From Eledone cirrhosa (taxonomy: Eukaryota): 64,000 nt of DNA. Position numbers and translations under genes: made by a program. The DNA lies in assembly GCA_964016885.1 (NCBI GenBank), contig OZ024762.1, forward strand, positions 14,198,001-14,262,000. The letters are read 5' to 3'. Below, piece by piece: positions 27,871-41,285 of this stretch (positions within the stretch are counted from its first letter, which is position 1; each line of letters begins with the position of its first letter). The notes under the pieces were generated by a model. It was given only the letters and a program-made list of their open reading frames with translations, made no database searches and was not told the origin of the DNA.

Positions 27871-30838
27871 AGTGGAGATTTCTGGTGTCCTTGGCCCTAG
27901 GGTCACCTCCCGACTCTCTACCATCGGCATAGAGTTGGCTACATGTGGCAGTGGAGATTTCTGGTGTATTTGACTATAGGGTCACATCCCTACTCTCCAC
28001 CATCGGCATAAAGTTGGCTACACGTGGCAGTGGAGACTTCTGGTGTATTTGACTCTAGGGTCACCTCCCTACTCTCCACCATCGGCATATAGTTGGCTAC
28101 ACGTGTCAGTGGAGATTTCTGGTGTATTTGACTCTAGGGTCACCTCCCTACTCTCCACCATCGGCATAGAGTTGGCTACACGTGGCAGTGGAGATTTCTG
28201 GTGTATTTGACTCTAGGGTCACCTCCCTACTCTCCACCATCGGCATAGAGTTGGCTACACGTGGCAGTGGAGACTTCTGGTGTATTTGACTCTAGGGTCA
28301 CCTCCCTACTCTCCACCATCGGAACAGAGTTGGCTACACGTGGCAGTGGAGATTTCTGGTGTATTTGACTCTAGGGTCACATCCCTACTCTCCACCATCG
28401 GCATAGAGTTGGCTACACGTGTCAGTGGAGATTTCTGGTGTATTTGACTATAGGGTCACATCCCTACTCTCCACCATCGGCATAGAGTTGGCTACACGTG
28501 GCAGTGGAGACTTCTGGTGTATTTGACTATAGGGTCACATCCCTACTCTCCACCATCGGCATAGAGTTGGCTACACGTGGCAGTGGAGACTTCTGGTGTA
28601 TTTGACTCTAGGGTCACCTCCCTACTCTCCACCATCGGCATAGAGTTGGCTACACGTGGCAGTGGAGATTTCTGGTGTATTTGACTCTAGGGTCACCTCC
28701 CTACTCTCCACCATCGGCACAGAGTTGGCTACACGTGTCAGTGGAGATTTCTGGTGTATTTGACTATAGGGTCACATCCCTACTCTCCACCATCGGCATA
28801 GAGTTGGCTACACGTGTCAGTGGAGATTTCTGGTGTATTTGACTCTAGGGTCACCTCCCTACTCTCCACCATCGGCACAGAGTTGGCTACACGTGTCAGT
28901 GGAGATTTCTGGTGTATTTGACTCTAGGGTCACCTCCCTACTCTCCACCATCGGCACAGAGTTGGCTACACGTGTCAGTGGAGATTTCTGGTGTAATTGA
29001 CTTTAGGGTCACCTCCCTACTCTCCACCATCGGCACAGAGTTGGCTACACGTGGCAGTGGAGATTTCTGGTGTATTTGACTCTAGGGTCACCTCCCTACT
29101 CTCCACCATCGGCACAGAGTTGGCTACACGTGTCAGTGGAGATTTCTGGTGTATTTGACTCTAGGGTCACATCCCTACTCTCCACCATCGGCATAGAGTT
29201 GGCTACACGTGGCAGTGGAGACTTCTGGTGTATTTGACTCTAGGCTCACCTCCCTACTCTCCACCATCGGCATAGAGTTGGCTACACGTGTCAGTGGAGA
29301 TTTCTGGTGTATTTGACTCTAGGGTCACCTCCCTACTCTCCACCATCGGCACAGAGTTGGCTACACGTGTCAGTGGAGATTTCTGGTGTAATTGACTTTA
29401 GGGTCACCTCCCTACTCTCCACCATCGGCACAGAGTTGGCTACACGTGGCAGTGGAGATTTCTGGTGTATTTGACTCTAGGGTCACCTCCCTACTCTCCA
29501 CCATCGGCACAGAGTTGGCTACACGTGTCAGTGGAGATTTCTGGTGTATTTGACTCTAGGGTCACATCCCTACTCTCCACCATCGGCATAGAGTTGGCTA
29601 CACGTGGCAGTGGAGACTTCTGGTGTATTTGACTCTAGGCTCACCTCCCTACTCTCCACCATCGGCATAGAGTTGGCTACACGTGTCAGTGGAGATTTCT
29701 GGTGTATTTGACTCTAGGGTCACCTCCCTACTCTCCACAATCGGCACAGAGTTGGCTACACGTGTCAGTGGAGATTTCTGGTGTATTTGGCTCTAGGGTC
29801 ACCTCCCGACTCTCCACCATCGCCATAGAGTTGGCTACACGTGGCAGTGGAGATTTCTGGTGTCCTTCGCCCTAGGGTCACCTCCCGACTCTCCACCATC
29901 GGCATAGAGTTGGCTACACGTGGCAGTGGAGATTTCTGGTGTATTTGACTCTAGGGTCACCTCCCTACTCTCCACCATCGGCACAGAGTTGGCTACACGT
30001 GGCAGTGGAGACTTCTGGTGTATTTGACTCTAGGGTCACATCCCTACTCTCTACCATCGGCATAGAGTTGGCTACACGTGGCAGTGGAGATTTCTGGTGT
30101 ATTTGACTCTAGGGTCACCTCCCTACTCTCCACCATCGGCATAGAGTTGGCTACACGTGTCAGTGGAGATTTCTGGTGTATTTGACTATAGGGTCACCTC
30201 CCTACTCTCTACCATCGGCATAGAGTTGGCTACACGTGTCAGTGGAGATTTCTGGTGTAATTGACTTTAGGGTCACATCCCTACTCTCCACCATCGGCAT
30301 AGAGTTGGCTACACGTGGCAGTGGAGATTTCTGGTGTATTTGACTCTAGGGTTACATCCCTACTCTCCACCATCAGCATAGAGTTGGCTACACGTGGCAG
30401 TGGAGACTTCTGGTGTATTTGACTCTAGGGTCACCTCCCTACTCTCCACCATCGGCACAGAGTTGGCTACACGTGTCAGTGGAGATTTCTGGTGTATTTG
30501 ACTATAGGGTCACATCCCTACTCTCCACCATCGGCATAGAGTTGGCTACACGTGTCAGTGGAGATTTCTGGTGTAATTGACTTTAGGGTCACATCCCTAC
30601 TCTCCACCATCGGCACAGAGTTGGCTACACGTGTCAGTGGAGATTTCTGGTGTATTTGACTCTAGGGTCACCTCCCTACTCTCTACCATCGGCACAGAGT
30701 TGGCTACACGTGGCAGTGGAGACTTCTGGTGTATTTGACTCTAGGGTCACATCCCTACTCTCCACCATCGGCATAGAGTTGGCTACACGTGTCAGTGGAG
30801 ATTTCTGGTGTCCTTGGCCCTAGGGCTACCTCCCTACT
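27787..30838. repeat. 79-bp tandem minisatellite, about 38 copies
   Basis: Unit GTGGCAGTGGAGATTTCTGGTGTATTTGACTCTAGGGTCACCTCCCTACTCTCCACCATCGGCATAGAGTTGGCTACAC. Confidence 0.95.
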
Positions 30839-31185
30839 CCCACGGGGAAGACTTCTCAAGACATTAAACAGAGCCATTGAGGAAGATACAGAACTGTCCA
30901 GTGAAGATCTGAGGTAGTTAATGGAGGATCGTGTGAGATGGAAAGATGTTATCATGTCAGCACCAACACGTGGATGGATTTAGTAGTAGCAGTAGTAGTA
31001 GTGGTAGAGGTGGTAGAAGTAGTAGTAGTGGTGGTAGAGGTAGTAGTAGTAGTAGTAGTGGTGGTAGAGGTGGTGGTAGTGGTAGTAGTAGTGGTGGTGG
31101 TGGTGGTGGTAGTGGTAGTGGTGGTAGAGGTAGTGGTGGTGGTAGTGGTAGTAGAGGTGTTGGTGGTGGTAGAGGTAGTAGTAGT
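30839..31185 (+). mobile_element. RTE-like 3' end with expanded (TAG/TGG)n tail
   Basis: RGRLLKTL...EDTEL...LMEDRVRW-like relic running into a (TAG)n microsatellite. Confidence 0.5.
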
Positions 31186-31411
31186 ATATTGTACATATTT
31201 ATATATATGTATATATTTAGGTTTGAAGGTTCACCACTGGAGGGAGCTGGTCAATTCCGTATGGTCAATCTTGATGTAATATTATGGAGAGTACTCAACG
31301 TAGTGTAGTTCAACCGTCTTCGTTTGTGTAGTTGGTGGTGCGAGTACAGAGTTAAATATTATAATAAAATAACAGGAGGCTGGACTTGTGTAAATCCTTG
31401 AAAGGTTTATT

Positions 31412-31469
31412 ACACTATGATCATTTCAATGACCGGGTTCCGTATGAATCCGGTGATATCATCAGGTAT
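31412..31469 (-). ncRNA. Type I hammerhead ribozyme
   Basis: ATAC-CTGATGA-T-stem II (ACCGG/CCGGT)-T-GAAA-TGATCA-TA-GTGT. Confidence 0.75.
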
Positions 31470-31647
31470 TCGAAATATAATAAATGCATGTAACAGATAA
31501 AATCCATGGGGCTGGAAATCATAGACCCGAGGACGACCGACCATCTAGCATCTTCTACTTTAGCCGGTCGCCCTCAAGGGTCGTCCTCGGGTCTATGATT
31601 TTCAGCCCCATGGATTTTATCTGTTACATTCATTTATTATATTTCGA

Positions 31648-31705
31648 ATACCTGATGATATCACCGGATTCATACGGAACCTGGTCATTGAAATGATCAT
31701 AGTAT
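31648..31705 (+). ncRNA. Type I hammerhead ribozyme
   Basis: ATAC-CTGATGA-T...T-GAAA-TGATCA (palindrome)-TA-GTAT. Confidence 0.75.
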
Positions 31706-32259
31706 AATAAACCTTTCAAGGATTTACACAAGTCCAGCCTCCTGTTATTTTATTATTATATATGTATATATATAGAAAGAGGAAGAGTTCAAATCCCGCT
31801 GAGGTTGACTTTGCCTTTCATCCTTACGGGGTCGATAAAATAAAGTACCAGTAATACACTGTAACAATTTCATCGACTATCCTATTCTCCCCCCCCCCCT
31901 CCACCCGCTCTAAATTACTGACCTTCTGCCTATGGTAGAAATCATTATATATATATGCGTGTGTGTGTATACATGTGTGTGTGTATATACGTGTGCGTGT
32001 GTGTATATATATATATATGTGTGTATGTGTATATGTATGTGCGTGTGTATATACGTGTGCGTGTGTGTGTATGTGTGTGTATATGCATGCTTGTGTGTGT
32101 ATATGCATGTGTGTATGTGTGTATATATACATGTGTGTGTATACATATGTGTGTGCGTGTGTGTGTATATATATGTGTGTGTGTGTGTGTGTATACAAAA
32201 ACATGCACTTACGCACATTCATACCTGCATACATAGGTACATATTTACATATAAACACT

Positions 32260-34100
32260 CACACAACCACACACCTCCACACGCAACCACACACATCCAC
32301 ACACAACCACACACATCCACACACAACCACACACAACCACACACAACCACACACACACACACACACAACCACACACAACCACACACAGCCACACACACAC
32401 ACAACCACACACACACACACACACAGCCCCACACAGCCACACACAGCCACACACAGCCACACAACCACACCAAACCACACACACACAACCACACACAATC
32501 ACACACATACACACACAGCCACACACAGCCTCACACAACCACACACAGCCACACACAGCCACACACAACCACACACAGCCACACACAGACACACACAGCC
32601 ACACACAACCACACGCAACCACACACACACAACCACACACAACCATACACACACAACCACACACAGCCACACACAACCACACGCAACCACACACACACAA
32701 CCACACAGCCACACACAACCACACACAACCACACACACAACCACACACAACCACACACAGCCACACACACACACAACCACACACACACACACACACAGCC
32801 CCACACAGCCACACACAGCCACACACCACACACACACAACCACACACAATCACACACATACACACACAGCCACACACAGCCACACACAACCACACACAAC
32901 CACACACAGCCACACACAACCACACACAGCCACACACACACAATCACACACATACACACACAGCCACACACAGCCACACACAGCCACACACAACCACACG
33001 CAACCACACACACACAACCACACAGCCACACACAACCACACACAACCACACACAGCCACACACAACCACACACAACCACACAACCACACACACACACACA
33101 CAACCACACACACACAACCACACACAGCCACACACAACCATACACACACAACCACACACAACCACACACAGCCACACACACACAACCACACACACCCACA
33201 CGCAACCACACACACACAACCACACACAACCACACAGCCACACACAACCACACACAACCACACACAACCACACACACACAACCACACACAACCACACACA
33301 ACCACACAGCCACACACAACCACACACAACCACACAGCCACACACAACCACACACAACCACATACAGCCACACACACAACCACACACACACAACCACACT
33401 ACCACACACACACAACCACACTACCACACAGCCACACAGCCACACACACACAACCACATACACACAACCACACACACACACAACCACACACACACACACA
33501 CAACCACACACACACACACACAACCACACACACACAACCACACACAGCCACACACAACCATACACACACAACCACACACAACCACACACAGCCACACACA
33601 CACAACCACACACACCCACACGCAACCACACACACACAACCACACACAACCACACAGCCACACACAACCACACACAACCACACACAACCACACACACACA
33701 ACCACACACAACCACACACAACCACACAGCCACACACAACCACACACAACCACACAGCCACACACAACCACACACAACCACATACAGCCACACACACAAC
33801 CACACACACACAACCACACTACCACACAGCCACACACACACAACCACACACACACACAACCACACACACAAACACACAGCCACACACACACAACCACACG
33901 CACACACACAACCACACACACACACACAACCACACACACACAACCACACACAGCCACACACAGCCACACACAACCACACACAGCCACACACAACCACACA
34001 GCCACACACAGCCACACACAACCACACACACACAACCATACACAACCACACACACACACACAACCACATACATACACACAACCACACACATACACACACG
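32260..34100. repeat. (CA)n-derived decamer-like repeat (CACACAACCA/CACACAGCCA)
   Basis: Directly visible; explains the 700-aa His/Thr/Gln pseudo-ORFs. Confidence 0.9.
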
Positions 34101-34164
34101 TTAATATATTCAACCTTTGCCAAAAAACTTCAAAGGTGGCGGTGATAAGTCTGAGTTAACTATC

Positions 34165-35020
34165 AGCTGGTGATATCGATCTGACAGCTTTCAATAGAGA
34201 GTAGAGCATTGGAGTTTTCATTGCTATTATCGATATTACTGGTTCCAGTGGAGTGATGGATGGCATTATCGATTTTACTGGTTCCGTTGGAATGGGGATA
34301 TCGGTGTGATATCTGCTGTTATTGATCTGACTGGTTCCAATAGAGTGACGGGTGGCATTATCGATTTTACTGGTTCCATTGGAATTGAGATATCGGTGTG
34401 ATATCTGCAGTTATTGATCTTATTGGTTCCAGTGGAGTGACGGGTGGCATTATCGATTTTACTGGTTTCATTGGAATATGGGTATTGGAGTGATATCTGC
34501 TGTTATTGATCTTATTGGTTCCAGTGAAGTGACGGGTGCCATTATCGATTTTATTGGTTTCATTGGAATATAGGTATTGGAGTGATATCTGCTGTTATCG
34601 AACTATTAGTTCTACTAGAATGGAATATTGGAGTGATAGCTGACGTTATCGATCACATTGGTTCCCTTAGGGAGTTGACTGTTGAAGTGATATCTCACAT
34701 TATCGATTTGTTCGATCCAGTAAAGTGATAGCTGGCGTTATCGATCACACTGGTTCCTATAGAGAGTTGACTATTGAAGTGATATCTCGTCTTATCGATC
34801 TATCAGATCCAGTGAAGTGATAGTTGACGTTATCGATCACATTGATTCCTATATAGAGTTGACTATCGAAGTGATATCTCACCTTATCGATCTATTACAT
34901 CCAGTGCAGTGATAGCTAACATTATCGATTTCCCTGGTTCCATTGGAATGTAGTATTGGAGTGATATCTGCAGTTATCGATCTATTAATTCCAATAGAGT
35001 TGAGTGTGATATAGGAGTGA
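34165..35020. repeat. Degenerate minisatellite (about 87-bp period, ATCGAT/GATATC-rich)
   Basis: Recurring TATCGATTTTACTGGTTCC...GTGATATCTGC...TTATTGATC. Confidence 0.75.
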
Positions 35021-35594
35021 CGGTTGATCACAGCATAGAGTTATGGCCCTTTGCGTTCTGAGTTTAAATCCCGCCGAGGTTAACTTTGCTTTTTAACCTT
35101 ACGGGGTCGATAAATAAAGTACCAGTAACCCACTGGGGGTCGATTTAATCGACTTTCCTCTCCCCCAAAATTGCTGGCCTTGTATGGTATTGGAGTGATA
35201 GATCTTTTATCGATCACATTGGCTCCATTTGAGTGTGTGTGTGTGTGTGTGTGTGTATTTATATATATATGTGTATGTGTGTATGTCTGTGTGTATATAT
35301 ATGTGGTGCGTGTATGTGTGTGTATATATGTGTATGTGTGTATATATATGTGTGTGTGTGTGTATATATGTATATGTGTGTGTGTGTGGGTGTGTGTATA
35401 TATATATATATGTGTGTGTGTATATATATATGTGTGTGTGTATATATATATATGTGTGTGTGTATATATATATGTGTGTGTGTGTATATATATATGTGCG
35501 TGTGTGTATATATGTATATATGTGTGTGTGTGTGTATATATGTATATGTGTGTGTGTGTATATATATATATGTGTGTGTGTGTATATATATGTG

Positions 35595-35655
<61 letters not shown>

Positions 35656-35832
35656 ATATTAAATAAATGGAAACTATATTTATAAAACCATATTTATGGT
35701 TTTATAAATATAGTTTCCATTTATTTAATATCATTGAATATTTAGTCCAGTAACTGTTGAGTGCTCTAAATCAGTTATAAACATTTATATTTATCGGACT
35801 TCCAACAAATTAAATACCCCTTCTACTTATAT

Positions 35833-35904
<72 letters not shown>

Positions 35905-35907
<3 letters not shown>

Positions 35908-36039
35908 AACAAATAAGACCCCGACGGCTGAGCTCAAGCCGTTTCGACGGCTAATTCTGGACAGAATCCATAATTAGCCGTCGAAACGGCTTGAGCTCAG
36001 CCGTCGGGGTCTTCTGGTTCCTTACCACATTTCCTTCGT

Positions 36040-36119
<80 letters not shown>

Positions 36120-36220
36120 GAAGGAAATGTGGTAAGGAACCAGATGAACCATAACGCACCAAAGTACTCAATACTTAGGGTAGTCGAAACGGCTTGAGCT
36201 CTGCCGTCGGGGGTCATTGC
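35905..36220. mobile_element. Two rearranged GACGGC-family palindromic elements
   Basis: Hairpin at 35905-36040 and an inverted tail plus half arm at 36115-36220. Confidence 0.8.
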
Positions 36221-36414
36221 TATATATACATATATATATATCGATACAGCCACGTGAATTGAAACAATTACTATAGTAAGTACACATACGTATTGTAGGT
36301 AGACGCATCAACACATGACTAAAAGTGCAGAGATGGTGCAGCCGCTGCAGAATAGAGAACTGCTATTTTTAGAACTGCAAGCTACCTGACATGCACCTAA
36401 TGCAACACTGCTGA

Positions 36415-37705
36415 TGAGGAACATGTGTTAGGGTGGCGGTGGTGGTGGTGGTGGTGGTTGGGGTTGGGGTTAGGCGGCGGTGGTGGTGGTGGTGGTGGTA
36501 GTGGTTGGGGTTGTGGTGGTGAACATGTGTTAGGGTGGTGGTGGTGGTGGTGGTTGGGGTTGTTGTTGGTGAACATGTGGTAGGGTGGTGGTGGTGGTGG
36601 TGGTTGGGGTTGTTGGTGGTGGTGGTAGTGGTGGTGATTGGGGTTGTGGTGGTGAACATGTGGTGGGGTGGTGGTGGTGGTGGTGGTAGTGGTGGTGAAC
36701 ATGTGGTAGGGTGGTGGTGGTGGTGAACATGTGGTAGGGTGGTGGTGGTGAGGTAGTAGTGGTTGTGGTGGTGTAGTGGTTGATTGTGGTGGTGGTTGGT
36801 GGTGGTTGTGGTGGTGGTTGATTGTAGTGGTGGTTGTGGTGGTGGTTGATTGTGGTGGTGAACATGTGTTGCGGTGGTGGTGGTAGTTGTGGTTGTGGTG
36901 GTGGTGGTGGTTGTGGTGATGATGGTAGTGGTTGGTGGTGGTGGTGGTAGTGCTGGTAGTGGTGGTGGTGGTAGTGCTGGTAGTGGTGGTGGTGGTGGTG
37001 GTTGTGGTGGTGTAGTGGTGAACATGTGGTAGGGTGATGGTGGTTGGGTTTGTGGTGGTGGCGATGGTGAGGGTGTCGTAGTGATTGTGGTAGTGGTTGG
37101 TGGTGGTTGTGGTGGTGGTTGTGATGGTGAACATGTGTTGCGATAGTGGTGGTTTGTAGTTGTGGTTGTAGTGGTGGTGGTGTGTGGTGGTGGTGGTGGT
37201 GGTGGTTGTGATGTTGATGGTGGTGGTGGTGGTGGTTGTTCGCTTTGTGGTGGTGGTGTAGTGGTTATTGTGGTAGTGGTTGGTGGAGGTTGTGGTGGTG
37301 GTTGATTGTGGTGGTTGTGGTGGTTGTGGTGGTGAACATGTGTTGCGGTGGTTGTGGTGGTGAATATGTGTTGCGGTGGTGGTGGTTGTGGTGGTGAACA
37401 TGTGTTGCGGTGGTGGTTGTGGTTGTAGTGGTGGTGGTGGTGGTTGGTTGTGGTGGTGGTGGTTGTGGTGAGGTTGTGGTGGTGGTGGTGGTTGGTTGTG
37501 GTGGTGAACATGGGTTAGGGTGGGTGTGGTGGTTGTGGTGGTGGTGGTAGTGGTTCTGGTGGTGAACATGTGTTAGGGTGATGGTTATGGTGGTGGTGGT
37601 GGTTATGATTGTGGTGGGGGTGACGGAGGTGGTGGTGAACATATGTTAGGGGGGAGTTGGTGGTTATGATTGTGGTGGTGGTGGCGTTGTTGTTGGTGGG
37701 GCGGT
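36415..37705. repeat. (GGT)n-rich repeat with recurrent GGTGAACATGTG
   Basis: Directly visible. Confidence 0.9.
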
Positions 37706-37959
37706 GTGAATGACAGTAACGATGCACAAATACACCCACCCCCCCACACACACACACACAAGGAAAAACAAGACGGGGGAACAATACAGTAGAATTATGA
37801 ACGGCGTTAGCTTAATATTTGATATAACCAGAAAAAGTATCTTAACGTTTTAGACGTTAATCGTTTATCGGAAGATAGTAAGAGAGATAGAAGAAAAAAA
37901 GTTAGAGTTCTAGTAAATTTCACTCACTAGTCAAACGAAGGATGGGAGTTTTGGTACTA

Positions 37960-39165
37960 CACAGTGGCGTCCTGTTCGTGGGCAGGTCCGGCTCTCAATT
38001 CCGAAGTTTTGTGCTAAGCCTTCCAGGATCTTCCATACGTATATCACAGCGTATCTATCCCGTCTCCGCTCCGAGGAGTAAAGCTTTAGTTTCTTCAACC
38101 TCTCCTAGTAGTTCCACTCTTTCATTCAGTCAATCCTCTTGCTCTAACTTCGTTGAATTGCTTCAAATTTGGTGCTACCCCTTCCAGGATTTTACATACT
38201 TATATCACAGCGTATCTCTTCCATCTCTGCTCCAGAGAGTAAAGCTTCAGTTTCTTCAGCCTCTCCCAGTAGCTCATATCTTTAATTGAGGCAATCCTCT
38301 TGGTGTAGCTTCGTTGGATTGCTTCAAATTCTGTGGTTAGTATGACATTGTGGGGTGACCACAGCTGAGAGCAATAGCCCAGTCAACTGAGGAGCAAAGT
38401 TCTCCAAAGAATCAATATGGTTTCTGATCTCCTGTCTTGAAAGACCTCAGAATCCAGCCTGCCAGTCGTTTGAACATTGTCGTCATCAGTGTGCATGAAG
38501 CGATGTATCATTGCTCACGTCAATACCCAGGTCCCTTATTAATTTTGACTCTGGGATTTCGGTTCCTCTTGGTCCGGTGTACCTTAGTTGTAGTGGCCTT
38601 ATGTTCGTCGGTTGATAGCAGAGCCCATCTGTATATGGCATCGAAATCTTGTAGTAAGAGAGTAGAATCAACTGGTTTCTTGATTGCTTATGCTACTTTC
38701 TTGTCTCAGCATAGCTTGTGATGGAGGTTGTTTATATTATAGAGGGCATGTATGAGAGAGCCACCACAAACAGTGTGGTCACAAGAGGATTCCAGGGGCA
38801 CGCCACTTGTTATTAATGTTTCCTTTGAGAGGGCCCCATTGGATGCAACAGTCTGGCTTCTTTCTTTTAAGAAGCCATTAAGCCATTCACCTAGTTTTCC
38901 AGCTATGCCAAAGCTACGTTGTTTGTGACATATTATTCCATGATCAACCTTATCAAATGCCTTCACAAAGTCGAGATATATCACATTTATGTTTGAATGA
39001 TCTAGCAGCTGTTTGAGTAACCAGTCATAATGCTGCAAGAACTGCATAAGATAAATTCTGCCCAGACGAAAGCCATGCAGGGTGTCAGTTAGAAGATTAT
39101 TTTCCTCTAGATTCCTTCTGATTATTCGTTCCATGACTTTGCTTTTATGTGAGGGAGACATGTCT
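37960..39165 (-). mobile_element. Decayed CR1/Jockey-group LINE reverse transcriptase
   Basis: SKVMERII...HGFRLGR...VIYLDFVKAFDKVDH...SGVP and RDLGI motifs, broken by frameshifts. Confidence 0.9.
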
Positions 39166-39204
39166 GTAGTTTTTAGCATCCTCCCTGCTTCCTCCTTAAT
39201 GGTT

Positions 39205-39251
<47 letters not shown>

Positions 39252-39414
39252 GTGCGCTATGGATCTGTGTTCTGTTTAAAGCGCGGAAACATCCAAGATC
39301 CGTAATAAACATCTGACGAAGGCAAACATTTCTTCTCTTGTTTGTGTCCCAATTACCTCCTTCTAACACTTCCTTTTCAGTAACCACACAGCCTCGCCTC
39401 CTAAGCCGTATTTT

Positions 39415-39444
<30 letters not shown>

Positions 39445-39447
<3 letters not shown>

Positions 39448-39985
39448 TGGTGGCTGCCAACTCGTTTTCGAGTACGGCCACTACTTTATATCCATGTAGG
39501 AGAACCCCTACTGATGCGCTGAACGAGTGTGACTTTTTAGTCCAGCCAGCGACGTGAAAACTCTGGTACAAACACTACACTTGTGACAATTACTGACACA
39601 TAGTGCTGGGCCCATGGTACCATGTGACGACAAGTGCAGAGAGATCTCCAGATATAAAGCAATGCCTGTGCTGTGAAGCTTTTATAGTGAGCAAAGGCAC
39701 TGCACAAAGCCAGTCCCACTCTCTTAACCAAGATGATATTTACCAAAAAGAAGAACAAGTCAACATCATTGGATACCATCAGGGTTGCAGGTGTTATATC
39801 AGAGTTTTCCTTCTCCTAGAATTCTGCCTTGACAAAGGCTAAGGGGTCATCTCTCCCGGTGATTTTGGATGGCCATTGACTCTTAAGAGCTCCTTTGCCC
39901 TTTGACAGGTTTTGTTTTTAGTCCTGCAGGATGTCCAAAGTCACCCTCCTCACCAAGAAACCTTGGTGGGGTTGCCAGTTTAGTC
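39445..39985 (-). mobile_element. ~540-bp non-autonomous RTE-related element
   Basis: Near-identical copy at 61695-62230. The 3' part encodes a CSVCTRVFTSLAGLKSH C2H2 finger typical of RTE C-termini, followed by a tail hairpin CTCGAAAACGAG. Confidence 0.7.
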
Positions 39986-40006
39986 ATACATACATACATA
40001 CATACA

Positions 40007-40037
<31 letters not shown>

Positions 40038-40143
40038 GGCCGACTGAATACGTACGTGCATATATTTCCCCCAATTTTTTTCTTAGCAATCTTCCTTTCT
40101 CTCATCAATCTTTACTTTCTATTTATCTCCTATTTCTAACTCT

Positions 40144-40180
40144 ATCTTCTGATGAAGGACTTGTATCCGAAACGTTAGAT
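40144..40180 (+). ncRNA. Minimal PLE-type hammerhead motif
   Basis: ATCT(T)-CTGATGA-A-GGA(CTTGTA)TCC-GAAA-CG-TT-AGAT; similar architecture to 21922. Confidence 0.6.
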
Positions 40181-40278
40181 CTCTCTTCCTGCCATTTCAA
40201 GCGTTAAACTAATATATTTCTTCCATGCACTTTGTAGTTTGTTTTGTTATTTTTGTTATTGTTTATATCTATAAATAT

Positions 40279-40309
<31 letters not shown>

Positions 40310-40440
40310 TCTGTGTGTGTGAGAGAGTCTGTGTGTGTGTTACAACAGTGACATATACAGGTACTTAAGTTTCGTTGAGTTATACACCCCAACTTATCCA
40401 GCCTATTATATATATATATTTATATATATATATATAGATG

Positions 40441-40491
40441 AGATTCTACAGGACTAGAACTGTTTCATTCTTTAGAAATCATCAGGAATCT
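40441..40491 (-). ncRNA. Type I hammerhead ribozyme
   Basis: AGATTC-CTGATGA-T-TTC(TAAA)GAA-T-GAAA-CAG(TTCTAGTC)CTG-TA-GAATCT: perfect 6-bp stem I, GUA triplet. Confidence 0.8.
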
Positions 40492-40740
40492 GGGTATCAA
40501 AAAATAAAGAAATAGTCAGAACCTCGGCGGCTGGCTCTAGCCGTTTCAACAGAAGCTAGTTCCAGACGGCAATAATTCAGCCGTCGGTGTCCTGGCCCTT
40601 TATTATAACCATACTCTACTACCCCCCAGTATCGAGTACTCAGTTTCTTACTGAATCCATCTTGATATAAATATATCGAAATGGCCGGAGCTCAGCCGTC
40701 GGGGTCCCGACTCTTTTCCGATATATATAATATAGAAATG

Positions 40741-40790
40741 GCGTCTACAGTACTAGAACTGTTTCATTCGGGAGAAATCATCAAGATAGC
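40741..40790 (-). ncRNA. Hammerhead variant (C3U), degenerate stem I
   Basis: TTGATGA-T-TTC(TCCC)GAA-T-GAAA-CAGT(TCTAGT)ACTG-TA. Confidence 0.5.
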
Positions 40791-41037
40791 CAACTGTCAA
40801 CGTAATATGGTGGCATTTATACATTTTCTGGTGGTAGGAGAGGGTGGTGATTGGGATGGGTGGAGATCATTGGCTGAAACAGTTCTAGTCCTGTAGAAGC
40901 CATATCTATATTAAATATATATACTCTGCTATGTATTGAGTACCTTACTTACTGTGGTTACCCCCGATTGAACCCGGGATAAACTTATATATATACATCA
41001 CTGGCTGACGACCGATCCAGACGTATAATATATATAT

Positions 41038-41220
41038 AATTGTTTCTACTTTAGGCACAAGGCCAGCAATTACCCAGTGCATTACTGGTACTTTATTTTA
41101 TCGACCCCGTAAGGATGAAAGGCAAAGTCAACCTCGGCGGGATTTGAACTCAGATCGTAAAGGGATGTAACTATGCTGGAAAGCATGGCGTCCGACCCTC
41201 TACCGACACTGCCAATCCAC
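41038..41220 (-). mobile_element. tRNA-derived SINE, family 2
   Basis: Inverted partner of 41286-41472. Confidence 0.8.
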
Positions 41221-41285
41221 AATGATATTAAATAAATGGAAACTATATTTATAAAACCATATTTATTCTATTATATATATTTCAA

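Larger units (their letters stand above)
31360..31756. repeat. ~180-bp-arm inverted repeat
   Basis: ATAATAAAATAACAGGAGGCTGGAC...CCCGAGGACGACC mirrored by GGTCGTCCTCGGG...GTCCAGCCTCCTGTTATTTTATTAT; about 40-bp spacer and few mismatches. Confidence 0.95.

Noticed and set aside
27787-30838. CRISPR or coding-repeat interpretation of the 79-bp array
   Set aside because: No spacers; unit length is not a multiple of 3 and contains stops.
36420-37660. Interstitial telomeric repeats
   Set aside because: TTAGGG occurs only as isolated hexamers within a (GGT)n minisatellite.
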